Positions 25,801-40,200 of a stretch of DNA of 64,000 nt are shown here, piece after piece. Source of the stretch: Eledone cirrhosa (taxonomy: Eukaryota). The position numbers were made by a program, and so were the translations under genes. The stretch's first letter is position 1; each line of letters begins with the position of its first letter. The notes beneath the pieces were generated by a model. The model made no database searches and was not told the origin of the DNA. It saw only the letters and a list, made by a program, of their open reading frames with translations. The stretch covers positions 124,001 to 188,000 of the forward strand of contig OZ024759.1 of assembly GCA_964016885.1 (NCBI GenBank), in the 5' to 3' direction.

Positions 25801-26281
25801 TACACCCCCCTCTATTGGCACATGCCCCTACATAGTCCCAACGTGCATCCAGGATACCATTCCAGTCCCCCACTAAAAGCAAGGAGCGGGACGTTCCCAG
25901 AAAAGTTTCCAGACGTTGAAAGTATTCCGGCCGCGCTGCCCAATTAGTACACATCAATTAGTCTAAGGGCTCCACTTTCACTACTGCCGACGTCTAAAAC
26001 CACCAGTCGACCCTCCGGGTCCAGGTGCACCTTCTGTATGGCGAGGCCCAGGTGTTTTCGCAGCAGAACGACAACTCCACCCCACCCCCCGGTTGACAGA
26101 GAGATGCGAAGATCTCAAAGTCGTCGAAGTGGGGCGCCAGTTGGTGCTCGCTGCTGATCCTGGACTCGCAAATAGCCATTACATCCATTCTATGCGACCT
26201 GAGATCGTTTAAAAGTTTGCCTTGTTTCCAAGACAGTCCCAGGCCACGTACGTTCAGACACCCAACTCTTATATCAGCGAT
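22850..26281 (-). pseudogene. Tx1 ORF2 (endonuclease-reverse transcriptase), disrupted
   Basis: CLNVRGL, LVGDWN, SYLDR, SDHKLV, GYWKLN, KSPGLDG, FRPITLLN, DQSKAFD, RQGCPLS, AYADD, CPRC...HAFVHC; frameshifts near 25960-26090 and a TGA at 23801-23803. Confidence 0.9.
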
Positions 26282-28015
26282 GTTGGTTAAAAGAGGAAGG
26301 ACCTACCTGTTCGGCTCCTGAGGAGCAGGTTGCACAATATCCATGGGCGTATTGGAGGGGTTGTTTGGTGGGGTGTTGTTCTGTGGTGGAGTGGGGGTGT
26401 TTGGTGAGGAAACGTTTTAAGAGGACGCGGTTATAGGGTCGAGTACATGTTTTTCCCACGTCCTCAGGAAAGTTCTCTCTTAGTTTTGCATAGGTGTCCA
26501 TTGGGAGTCTTATCATTTTTAAATGCGGTTTGTTGGCCGCGCTTGCAAAGAATTGCCCTTCAGTTTCCACCGAAGGGTCTTTGTGTATTGTTTTTACTAG
26601 TTCTTTGTTATTTGTGTTAATGTATGTATACTGTTTTATTTGTGTTGTGTTTGTTTGTTGTTCTTGTGTGTGCTTACGTTTTGTTGTATGTGTTATGTTT
26701 TGGGGTGGGACGGATTTTGTTTGTTCTGTTTGTTTTGTTTTTGTTGGTGGTTGTGTGTTTGTTTCATTTATGTTCGAGTGGTGCTTTCTTTTTTTCCTTT
26801 TTACAGGTTGGAAGGGTCCCCCCTCTTCGTCACTAGGTGTCGTTTCAGCTGGGTCCTCATCCGTGCTGTCGGGTAGTGGTGTATTTTGGGGTTTTGTTGT
26901 GTTTGTGTGTGTTTTTGGAGTTGTTTTGGGTGGGGCCGTGTTATTTTTCCGTGTTGTTTTTGTTGTTGTTGTGGTGGTGGTGGTGGTGGTGGTGGTGGCA
27001 GTGGTGGTGTGTGGGGTGTAGGCAAAAGAGCCTTTTTTTTTGTCAATTGAGGACAGGCAGCCCTTAGATGACCCCTGCTTGAACAGTAGTAACATATGGG
27101 CCTCCTACCCTCGGCTGAAATGTATATAAATGTTTCTCCATCGAGGGACACCCTCTGTGGTATTCTAGCTATTCGTTCTGGTCTCATTTGGACCAGAACC
27201 TCCACGCTCAAACCGCCGAAACCGTCTGTTGTGACTTCTCCTACTGAGAGGATTCCGTCCTCGTCTTCTAAAAATCCTGTTAGTACCCAGGAAATTCATG
27301 CATTTGGCCGGATTCCGGAGACCCTTATTTTCTGCGTTCTTTTCCCTAAATATGTGGGGAAAAATGTGTGTAGCTTGGAAACAATTGGCGCCACAGAGTA
27401 TTTCCTGGCCGTCAATTGATCCTTCATTAGCACCGTTATATTCCCATAGAGTGGCCCTTTTTGTATGAACGATATATCACTCCACACATTTTTTAGGACC
27501 AGCTCAATCTCTTTTTGGGATAATTGAGCTGGTTTCCTTGTTATGTTGGAAATTGTTCTGAAAGATATCGTTCTTAGTGTCGTGTCTCTTTTGATTTCTT
27601 GTGGGGAGGTGATTGTGAAGTCTCCTTCTTCTTTGAAAGTTACATACTGTTTTGCTTCCTTCATCTTTTCTCTCAGAGTTGTAATGTCCAGTTGCTTGCA
27701 GGTCTATGTTTTCCGGACTGCCTGTGCAAAGGAGGCACCAGTAGTGGGTTCGCTTTGTTTGGTGTTATCGTTATTTTTTCCTTGGTTGGTGTTGTGACTA
27801 TTGCTGTTATTGTCATTGTTGTTTTTGTCTGCGTTTATGTGACTTTCTGGGTTTTCACCCACTTTTACAAATTTTTCTTTTAATTCCGTGTTCCATGTTT
27901 CTTTTGCAGAAGTGAGGAGGGAAGACTTAGAGCCTTGTGCTTCTAGCTTCTCTGTATCACCTTTCTTAGGGGGCGTGGCTTTCTTGTTAGGATGAGATAT
28001 GAAAATTCCGTCCAT
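26274..28015 (-). pseudogene. Tx1 ORF1 (gag-like zinc knuckle), disrupted
   Basis: Three same-frame segments separated by stops at 27704 and 27296 (SFAQAVR, CYYCSSRGHLRAAC), then a frameshift at the A-run near 27035 into a T/K/P-rich tail. Confidence 0.8.
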
Positions 28016-28224
28016 TTCTATTAGTTTGCCGTATAAATTTTTAACTGGAAAATTAGCCCCAAAAAGGGGCGAAAATAAATAAACTCAAAGTTTGACGACC
28101 AAGGCAAGGGGTTAACGTATATTACAGTATAAAAAAATTAATTAAAACTCACTTTTGAGTAAGTAAATCCGACTCGGTAGCTGAGCTTGTTCACACACGT
28201 CAACACACGTCTCTCGTATACGAG

Positions 28225-29190
28225 ATGTTATGTGAGATATTATGTGAGGTAAAGCCTTTACTGTGAAAATACAATAGTATATATAGAGTAATGTAAATGT
28301 TATGTGAGATATTATGTGAGGTAAAGCCTTTACTGTGAAAATATAATAGTATATATAGAGTAATGTAAATGTTATGTGAGGTAAAGCCTTTACTGTGAAA
28401 ATACAATAGTATATATAGAGGAATGTAAATGTTATGTGAGGTAAAGCCTTTACTGTGAAAATACAATAGTATATATAGAGGAATGTAAATGTTATGTGAG
28501 GTAAAGCCTTTACTGTGAAAATACAATAGTATATATAGAGGAATGTAAATGTTATGCGAGATATTATGTGAGGTAAAGCCTTTACTGTGAAAATACAATA
28601 GTAAATATAGAGTAATGTAAATGTTATGAGAGATATTATGTGAGGTAAAGCCTTTACTGTGAAAATACAATAGTAAATATAGAGTAATGTAAATGTTATG
28701 TGAGATATTATGTGAGGTAAAGCCTTTACTGTGAAAATACAATAGTATATATAGAGTAATGTAAATGTTATGTGAGATATTATGTGAGGTAAAGCCTTTA
28801 CTGTGAAAATACAATAGTATATATAGAGTAATGTAAATGTTATGTGAGATATTATGTGAGGTGAAGCCTTTACTGTGAAAATACAATAGTATATATAGAG
28901 TAATGTAAATGTTATGTGAGATATTATGTGAGGTAAACCTTTACTGTGAAAATACAATAGTATATATAGCGCAATGTAAATGTTATGTGATGAATGTATG
29001 TGAAGTAAAGCCTTTACTGTGAAAATACAATACTATATATAGAGTAATGTAAATGTTATGTGAGATATTATGTGAGGTAAAGCCTTTACTGTGAAAATAC
29101 AATACTATATATAGAGTAATGTAAATGATATTATGTGAGGTAAACCTTTACTGTGAAAATACAATAGTAAATATAGAGTAATGTAAATGG
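28225..29190. repeat. 60/72-bp minisatellite, right part
   Basis: Same unit and orientation as 22300-22612. Confidence 0.95.
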
Positions 29191-29214
29191 TAAAGAGTTA
29201 ACAAGCCTCTTATA

Positions 29215-30890
29215 TTTACCTGACACAAACCCAAACTGCATTTCATCTAGATCAATTTGGTCTCTAATCAGTTGAGTAATAACTTTTTCTGTGACTTTCA
29301 TGATTTGGTCAACTAATTTAATACCCCTATAGTTTCCTCTATCCAGGGTGTCTCTTTGCCCTTGTAACAATTGATGATGATGCTGCTACACCAGTCATTT
29401 GGTATGACCCCATTCTGTATTACTTGGTTTACTATCTGGGTGACCATAGTATGTCCCACAATTCCAGATGCCTTCCACATTTCAGCAACTATCTCCAAAG
29501 GCCCAGCCGCCTTGCCTGTCTTCATATCTTTGATTGCTTTACTTATTATACTACCTTTAACTTGCACCGCTGGTCCTTCTATTGGATCGATTTGGGGCAG
29601 ACTATCTTTTTCCCATTTATTCTCCTCATTCAGTAGCCTCTCGTAGTGACACTTCCAAGCTACCTTCTTATCACTATCAATGAGGGCAAGTACACCATCA
29701 TCATTACAGACACACGACTTCCCGACAATATCACAATTCTCCTTGACACATTGCCTCGCAATCATGAATATTTCACGTCTTTGGTCCTCCTGATGTAGAA
29801 CATGCTTGAACATACAATCCTCTGCTTCCCTCTTTGCAAGGTATACTTGTTGTCTAGCTTCTCTCCTAGCTACCCGATAGTGTTGTCTATTTCCTCCACC
29901 CATCAATACTTTCCAAGCCTGCTTTTTGGCCTTGATTGTCTCCTCCACCTTACTGTTCCACTATCATGTCACTCTCCTCCTGCCTAATGGTCTGCTCCAG
30001 CCACAGATTTCATCAGTCGCCTTCAACAGGATTTCCTACTGTTCCTCTATATTGTACATCTCTAATTGCTCTTCCTTACTATCAAAAGCATCAAATAATA
30101 TGCCTTGCAGGGTTCTTCAACTTCCATAATCTTCTCCTTAAGATATTCCTCTGCTGGCAATTACATCTGGCCCTGACTATGAGGTCACTAACTATTAAGT
30201 TATGTTGGGAGGCGCATTCTTTGTGAGAAGGGGGTGGGGGGGACTTAGTGTTCAAAATAGATACTTTGTCTCATTTCCTAGTAAGGATAAAGTCTATCTG
30301 GCTGGTGTGCTCCCCCTGATCTATACGTGATCAAACGTTTTTTGAAGTTTGTGTTACAGATAGTCAGGTCATTTGCATCACAGAATTCCAGGATCATGAA
30401 GCCTTCCTCATTTCTAGTATCAAACCTATAGCCTCCATGAACACCATCATAGCCATCACAATGTTGTCCAACATGACCATTAAGGTCGCCAGCAATAATT
30501 ATAGAGTCACTGTTGGGTATCTGGGAGGTAGTGAGTATTAGAAACACATAGAACCTGTCTTTAATAACATCTGGTAATCTGGATTGGGGTACATAAGCAG
30601 ATATAATTGATACAGTTGTCCTATTTAGAACTTATCTTATTTTAATGATCCTGTCATCCACTCTATCTATGGCAATTACCTTGTCTGCCCATTTTTCTGC
30701 TAATATAATTCAAACACCACCCAGCCCGCTGTCACAAACCATTCTGAAAAGCTTATAGCATCGTTCCTTGCCCATATTGGATCTAGTAGACCCACCCCTC
30801 CATCTGGTCTCTTGAACACATCAGACATCGGCTTCCTTACGTTCAAGCAAATCTACAACCTCGTTGGAGCGACCTTTCAATGTGCCTACA
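29215..30890 (-). mobile_element. Degenerate RTE-LINE 5' half (endonuclease to start of RT), multiple frameshifts
   Basis: Minus strand: VGTLKGRSNEVVDLLE, VQETRWRG, AGDLNGHVG, ICNTNFKK, NYRGIKL, EMQFGFV; homologous to the 8.7-9.9 kb region. Confidence 0.9.
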
Positions 30891-30899
30891 TGTATAAAT

Positions 30900-31230
30900 A
30901 CACCCCCGCCCCATCCACACCGCCCCTTTCAATGTAAAGTTATGTTGGTGCCACAACATCCAGGCCGAAACAAATGAGGTCGTGTAGGTCTCACGTCAAA
31001 AAACACACAGTCCACGCTGTAATGTGGCCGTGTAGGCAACACGGTAAAAACCTCCCAGCCCCACACTGTAAATGTGGTTGGTGTTAGGAAGGGCATCCAG
31101 CTGTAGAAAACCTGCCAGATAGTCCTATGTGAGCAACACAACCACTCTTGCCTCAAGTGGGAAAACCCTCCGTCCAAACCCATGCAAGCGTGGAACACGG
31201 ATGTTAAACGATGATGATGATGATGATGAT
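30900..31230 (+). mobile_element. RTE 3' UTR with (GAT)n tail
   Basis: Closely similar to 21960-22299 (TGTAAAGTTATGTTGGT.CCACAACATCCAG..., TTAGGAAGGGCATC.AGC). Confidence 0.88.
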
Positions 31231-31256
31231 GTGAATGTATAGATATACAAAACAAA

Positions 31257-34200
31257 TTCTATATTAGTAACATGACAAGGTCTATATTAGTAACATGACA
31301 AGGTCTATATTAGTAGTATGACAAAGTCTATATTAGTAACATGACAAAGTCTATATTAGTAACATGACAAAGTCTATATTAGTAACATGACAGTCTATAT
31401 TAGTAACATGAGACAGTCTATATTAGTAACATGACAAAGTCTATATTAGTAACATGAGACAGTCTATATTAGTAACATGACAAAGTCTATATTAGTAACA
31501 TGAGACAGTCTATATTAGTAACATGACAAAGTCTATATTAGTAGCATGACAAAGTCTATATTAGTAACATGACACTGTCTATATTAGTAACATGACACAG
31601 TCTATATTAGTAACATGACAAGGTCTATATTAGTAACATGACAAGGTCTATATTAGTAGTATGACAAAGTCTATATTAGTAACATGACAAAGTCTATATT
31701 AGTAACATGACAAAGTCTATATTAGTAACATGACAGTCTATATTAGTAACATGAGACAGTCTATATTAGTAACATGACAAAGTCTATATTAGTAACATGA
31801 GACAGTCTATATTAGTAACATGACAAAGTCTATATTAGTAACATGAGACAGTCTATATTAGTAACATGACAAAGTCTATATTAGTAGCATGACAAAGTCT
31901 ATATTAGTAACATGACACTGTCTATATTAGTAACATGACACAGTCTATATTAGTAACATGACAAAGTCTATATTAGTAACATGACACAGTCTATATTAGT
32001 AACATGACAAAGTCTATATTAGTAACATGACAGTCTATATTAGTAACATGACAGTCTATATTAGTAGCATGACAAAGTCTATATTAGTAACATGACACAG
32101 TCTATATTAGTAACATGACACAGTCTATATTAGTAACATGACAAAGTCTATATTAGTAGCATGACAAAGTCTATATTAGTGACATGACAAAGTCTATATT
32201 AGTAACATGACAAAGTCTATATTAGTAGCATGACAAAGTCTATATTAGTAACATGACAAAGTCTATATTAGTAACATGACAAAGTCTATATTAGTAACAT
32301 GACAAAGTCTATATTAGTAACATGACGCAGTTTATATTAGTAACATGACAAAGTCTATATTAGTAACATGACACAGTCTATATTAGTAACATGACAAAGT
32401 CTATATTAGTAGCATGACAAAGTCTATATTAGTAACATGACAAAGTCTATATTAGTAACATGACACAGTCTATATTAGTAACATGACAAAGTCTATATTA
32501 GTAACATGACAGTCTATATTAGTAACATGACAGTCTATATTAGTAGCATGACAAAGTCTATATTAGTAACATGACAAAGTCTATATTAGTAACATGACAA
32601 AGTCTATATTAGTAACATGACGCAGTCTATATTAGTAACATGACAAAGTCTATATTAGTAACATGACACAGTCTATATTAGTAACATGACACAGTCTATA
32701 TTAGTAACATGACAAAGTCTATATTAGTAGCATGACAAAGTCTATATTAGTAACATGACAAAGTCTATATTAGTAACATGACAAAGTCTATATTAGTAAC
32801 ATGACACAGTCTATATTAGTAACATGACAAAGTCTATATTAGTAACATGACACAGTCTATATTAGTAACATGACACAGTCTATATTAGTAACATGACAAA
32901 GTCTATATTAGTAGCAGGACAAAGTCTATATTAGTAACATGACAAAGTCTATATTAGTAACATGACACAGTCTATATTAGTAACATGACAAAGTCTATAT
33001 TAGTAACATGACAGTCTATATTAGTAACATGACAGTCTATATTAGTAGCATGACAAAGTCTATATTAGTAACTTGACACAGTCTATATTAGTAACATGAC
33101 ACAGTCTATATTAGTAACATGACAAAGTCTATATTAGTAGCATGACAAAGTCTATATTAGTAACATGACACAGTCTATATTAGTAACATGACAAAGTCTA
33201 TATTAGTAGCATGACAAAGTCTATATTAGTAACATGACAAAGTCTATATTAGTAACATGACAAAGTCTATATTAGTAACATGACAGTCTATATTAGTAAC
33301 ATGACAGTCTATATTAGTAGCATGACAAAGTCTATATTAGTAACATGACAAGGTCTATATTAGTAACATGACACAGTCTATATTAGTAACATGGCACAGT
33401 CTATATTAGTAACATGACAAAGTCTATATTAGTAACATGACACAGTCTATAATAGTAGCATGACACAGTCTATATTAGTAGCATGGCACAGTCTATATTA
33501 GTAACATGACACTGTCTATATTAGTAACATGACACAGTCTATATTAGTAACATGACAAAGTCTATATTAGTAACATGATAAAGTCTATATTAGTAACATG
33601 ATAGTCTATATTAGTAACATGACAAAATCTATATTAGTAACATGACACAGTCTATATTAGTAACATGACAAAGTCTCTATTAGTAACATGACAAAGTCTA
33701 TATTAGTAACATGACAGTCTATATTAGTAACATGTCAAAGTCTCTATTAGTAACATGACAGTCTATATTGTAACATGACACAGTCTATATTAGTAACATG
33801 ACACAGTCTATATTAGTAACATGACATAGTCTATATTAGTAACATGACGAATCTATATTAGTAACATGACAGTCTATATTGTAACATGACACAGTCTATA
33901 TTAGTAACATGACACAGTCTATATTAGTAACATGACAGTCTATATTAGTAACATGACAAAGTCTATATTAGTAACATGACAAAGTCTATATTAGTAACAT
34001 GACAAAGTCTATATTAGTAACATGACAAAGTCTATATTAGTAGCATGACACAGTCTATATTAGTAACATGACAAAGTCTATATTAGTAACATGACACAGT
34101 CTATATTAGTAACATGACAAAGTCTATATTAGCAACATGACAAAGTCTATATTAGTAACATGACATAGTCTATATTAGTAACATGACAAAGTCTATATTA

Positions 34201-37200
34201 GTAGCATGACACAGTCTATATTAGTAACATGACACAGTCTATATTAGTAACATGACAGTCTATATTAGTAACATGACAAAGTCTATATTAGTAGCATGAC
34301 AAAGTCTATATTAGTAACATGACACAGTCTATATTAGTAACATGACAGTCTATATTAGTAACATGACACAGTCTATATTAGTAACATGACAAAGTCTATA
34401 TTAGTAGCATGACAAAGTCTATATTAGTAACATGACAGTCTATATTAGTAACATGACAAAGTCTATATTAGTAGCATGACAAAGTCTATATTAGTAGCAT
34501 GACACAGTCTATATTAGTAACATGACACAGTCTATATTAGTAACATGACACAGTCTATATTAGTAACATGACACAGTCTATATTAGTAACATGACAAAGT
34601 CTATATTAGTAACATGACAAAGTCTATATTAGTAACATGACACAGTCTATATTAGTAACATGACAAAGTCTATATTAGTAACATGACACTGTCTATATTA
34701 GTAACTTGACAAAGTCTATATTAGTAACATGACACAGTCTATATTAGTAACATGACACAGTCTATATTAGTAACATGACAAAGTCTATATTAGTAGCATG
34801 ACAAAGTCTATATTAGTAACATGACAAAGTCTATATTAGTAAGATGACAAAGTCTATATTAGTAACATGACAAAGTCTATATTAGTAACATGACACTGTC
34901 TATATTAGTAACATGACACAGTCTATATTAGTAACATGACACAGTCTATATTAGTAACATGACAAAGTCTATATTAGTAACATGACAAAGTCTATATTAG
35001 TAACATGACAAGGTCTATATTAGTAACATGACACAGTCTATATTAGTAACATGACAAAGTCTATATTAGTAACATGACAGTCTATATTAGTAACATGACA
35101 AAGTCTATATTAGTAACATGACAAAGTCTATATTAGTAACATGACAGTGTATATTAGTAACATGACACAGTCTATATTAGTAACATGACACAGTCTATAT
35201 TAGTAACATGACAAAGTCTATATTAGTAACATGACACAGTCTATATTATTAACATGACAAAGTCTATATTAGTAACATGACACAGTCTATATTAGTAACA
35301 TGACATAGTCTATATTAGTAACATGACATAGTCTATATTAGTAGCATGACAAAGTCTATATTAGTAACATGACAAAGTCTATATTAGTAACATGACACAG
35401 TCTATATTAGTAACATGAGAAAGTCTATATTAGTAACATGACACAGTCTATATTAGTAACATGACAAAGTCTATATTAGTAACATGACACAGTCTATATT
35501 AGTAACATGACACAGTCTATATTAGTAACATGACAAAGTCTATATTAGTAGCATGACAAAGTCTATATTAGTAACATGACAAAGTCTATATTAGTAACAT
35601 GACACAGTCTATATTAGTAACATGACAAAGTCTATATTAGTAACATGACAGTCTATATTAGTAACATGACAGTCTATATTATTAGCATGACAAAGTCTAT
35701 ATTAGTAACATGACACAGTCTATATTAGTAACATGACACAGTCTATATTAGTAACATGACAAAGTCTATATTAGTAGCATGACAAAGTCTATATTAGTAA
35801 CATGACACAGTCTATATTAGTAACATGACAAAGTCTATATTAGTAGCATGACACAGTCTATATTAGTAACATGACAAAGTCTATATTAGTAACATGACAA
35901 AGTCTATATTAGTAACATGACAGTCTATATTAGTAACATGACAGTCCATATTAGTAACATGACAAAGTCTATATTAGTAACATGACACAGTCTATATTAG
36001 TAACATGACAATGTCTCTATTAGTAACATGACAAAGTCTATATTAGTAACATGACACAGTCTATATTAGTAACATGACAAGGTCTATATTAGTAACATGA
36101 CAAGGTCTATATTAGTAACATGACAAAGTCTATATTAGTAACATGACAAGGTCTATATTAGTAACATGACACAGTCTATATTAGTAACATGACAAAGTGT
36201 ATATTAGTAACATGACAGTCTATATTAGTAACATGACACAGTCTATATTAGTAACATGACAAAGTCTATATTAGTAACATGACATAGACTATATTAGTAA
36301 CATGACAAAGTCTATATTAGTAACATGACAGTCTATATTAGTAACATGACAAAGTCTATATTAGTAACATGAAACAGTCTATATTAGTAACATGACAATG
36401 TCTCTATTAGTAACATGACAATGTATATATTAGTAACATGACAGTCTATATTAGTAACATGACAAAGACTCTATTAGTAACATGACAAAGTCTATATTAG
36501 TAACATGACAGTCTATATTAGTAACATGACAAAGTCTATATAAGTAACATGACAGTCTATATTGTAACATGACACAGTCTATATTAGTAACATGACACAG
36601 TCTATATTAGTAACATGACAGTCTATATTAGTAACATGACAAAGTCTATATTAGTAACATGACAAAGTCTATATTAGTAACATGACAAAGTCTATATTAG
36701 TAACATGACAAAGTCGATATTAGTAGCATGACACAGTCTATATTAGTAACATGACAAAGTCTATATTAGTAACATGACACAGGCTATATTAGTAACATGA
36801 CAAAGTCTATATTAGTAACATGACAAAGTCTATATTAGTAACATGACATAGTCTATATTAATAACATGACAAATTCTATATTAGTAGCATGACACAGTCT
36901 ATATTAGTAACATGACACAGTCTATATTAGTAACATGACAGTCTATATTAGTAACATGACAAAGTCTATATTAGTAGCATGACAAAGTCTATATTAGTAA
37001 CATGACACAGTCTATACTAGTAACATGACAGTCTATATTAGTAACATGACACAGTCTATATGAGTAACATGACAAAGTCTATATTAGTAGCATGACAAAG
37101 TCTATATTAGTAACATGACAAAGTCTATATTAGTAGCATGACAAAGTCTATATTAGTAACATGACAAAGTCTATATTAGTAACATGACACAGTCTATATT

Positions 37201-40200
37201 AGTAACATGACAAAGTCTATATTAGTAACATGACAGTCTATATTAGTAACATGACAGTCTATATTAGTAGCATGACAAAGTCTATATTAGTAACATGACA
37301 CAGTCTATATTAGTAACATGACACAGTCTATATTAGTAACATGACAAAGTCTATATTAGTAGCATGACAAAGTCTATATTAGTAACATGACACAGTCTAT
37401 ATTAGTAACATGACAAAGTCTTTTTTAGTAGCATGACAAAGCCTATATTAGTAACATGACAAAGTCTATATTAGTAACATGACAAAGTCTATATTAGTAA
37501 CATGACAGTCTATATTAGTAACATGACAGTCCATATTAGTAACATGACAAAGTCTATATTAGTAACATGACACAGTCTATATTAGTAACATGACAATGTC
37601 TCTATTAGTAACATGACAAAGTCTATATTAGTAACGTGACACAGTCTATATTAGTAACATGACAAAGTCTATATTAGTAACATGGCAAAGTTTATATTAG
37701 TAACATGACAAAGTCTATATTAGTAACATGACAAGGTCTATATTAGTAACATGACACAGTCTATATTAGTAACATGACAGTCTATATTAGTAACATGACA
37801 CAGTCTATATTAGTAACATGACAAAGTCTATATTAGTAACATGACATAGACTATATTAGTAACATGACAAAGTCTATATTAGTAACATGACAGTCTATAT
37901 TAGTAACATGACAAAGTCTATATTAGTAACATGACACAGTCTATATTAGTAACATGACAAAGTCTCTATTAGTAACATGACAATGTATATATTAGTAACA
38001 TGACAGTCTATATTAGTAACATGACAAAGACTCTATTAGTAACATGACAAAGTCTATATTAGTAACATGACAGTCTATATTAGTAACATGACAAAGTCTA
38101 TATCAGTAACATGACAGTCTATATTGTAACATGACACAGTCTATATTTGTAACATGACACAGTCTATATTAGTAACATGACAAAGTCTATATTAGTAACA
38201 TGACAGTCTATATTAGTAACATGACAAAGTCTATATTAGTAACATGACAAAGTCTATATTAGTAACATGACAAAGTCTATATTAGTAACATTACAGACTA
38301 TATTAGTAACATGACACAGTCTATATTAGTAACATGACAAAGTCTATATTAGTAGCATGACAAAGTCTATATTAGTAACATGACATAGACTATATTAGTA
38401 ACATGACAAAGTCTATATTAGTAACATGACAGTCTATATTAGTAACATGACAAAGTCTATATTAGCAACATGACACAGTCTATATTAGTAACATGACAAA
38501 GTCTCTATTAGTAACATGACAAAGTCTATATTAGTAACATGACAAAGTCTATATTAGTAACATGACAGTCTATATTAGTAACATGACAAAGTCTATATTA
38601 GTAACATGACAAAGTCTATATTAGTAACATGACAGTCTATATTAGTAACATGACACAGTCTATATTAGTAACATGACACGGTCTATATTCGTAACATGAC
38701 AAAGTCTATATTAGTAACATGAAACAGTCTATATTATTAACATGACAAAGTCTATATTAGTAACATGACACAGTCTATATTAGTAACATGACATAGTCTA
38801 TATTAGTAACATGACATAGTCTATATTAGTAGCATGACAAAGTCTATATTAGTAACATGACAAAGTCTATATTAGTAACATGACACAGTCTATATTAGTA
38901 ACATGAGAAAGTCTATATTAGTAACATGACACAGTCTATATTAGTAACATGACAAAGTCTATATTAGTAACATGACACAGTCTATATTAGTAACATGACA
39001 CAGTCTATATTAGTAACATGACAAAGTCTATATTAGTAGCGTGACAAAGTCTATATTAGTAACATGACAAAGTCTATATTAGTAACATGACACAGTCTAT
39101 ATTAGTAACATGACAATCTCTATATTAGTAACATGACAGTCTATATTAGTAACATGACAGTCTATATTTATTAACATGACAAAGTCTATATTAGTAACAT
39201 GACAAGGTCTATATTAGTAACATGACAAAGTCTATATTAGTAACATGACAAAGTCTATATTAGTAACATGGCAATGTCTATATTAGTAACATGACAAAGT
39301 CTATATTAGTAACATGCCAAAGTCTAAATTAGTAACATGACAAAGTCTATATTAGTAACATGTCAAGGTCTATATTAGTAACATGACAAAGTCTATATTA
39401 GTAACATGACAAAGTCTATATTAGTAACATGACAGTCTATATTAGTAACATGACAAAGTCTATATTAGTAACATGACACAGTCTATATTAGTAGCATGAC
39501 AAAGTCTATATTAGTAACATGACACAGTCTATATTAGTAACATGACAAAGTCTATATTAGTAACATGACAGTCTATATTAGTAACATGACAGTCTATGTT
39601 AGTAGCATGACAAAGTCTATATTAGTAACATGACACAGTCTATATTAGTAACATGACAGTCTATATTAGTAACATGACAAAGTCTATATTAGTAGCATGA
39701 CAAAGTCTATATTAGTAACATGACACAGTCTATATTAGTAACATGACAAAGTCTATATTAGTAGCATGACAAAGTCTATATTAGTAACATGACAAAGTCT
39801 ATATTAGTAACATGACAAAGTCTATATTAGTAACATGACAGTCTATATTAGTAACATGACAGTCCATATTAGTAGCATGACAAAGTCTATATTAGTAACA
39901 TGACAAAGTCTATATTAGTAACATGACACAGTCTATATTAGTAACATGACACAGTCTATATTAGTAACATGACACAGTCTATATTAGTAACATGACAAAG
40001 TCTATATTAGTAACATGACAGTCTATATTAGTAGCATGACAAAGTCTATATTAGTAACATGACAAAGTCTATATTAGTAACATGACAAAGTCTATATTAG
40101 TAACATGACAGTCTATATTAGTAGCATGACAAAGTCTATATTAGTAACATGACAAAGTCTATATTAGTAACATGACAAAGTCTATATTAGTAACATGACA

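Larger units (their letters stand above)
22613..28224 (-). mobile_element. Near full-length (about 5.6 kb) Tx1/L1-clade non-LTR retrotransposon, inactivated
   Basis: 5' UTR, ORF1 with CCHC knuckle, ORF2 APE+RT+C-terminal CCHC, short 3' UTR ending AATAAAGAAAT; higher GC than flanks. Confidence 0.93.

Noticed and set aside
8688-28224. Retron, DGR or group II intron-type RT system
   Set aside because: Both RTs are fused to APE endonucleases and have the UTR/tail structure of ordinary non-LTR retrotransposons
28142-28957. 271/228-aa minus-strand ORFs as part of the Tx1 element
   Set aside because: Translations of the 60/72-bp satellite outside the element boundary
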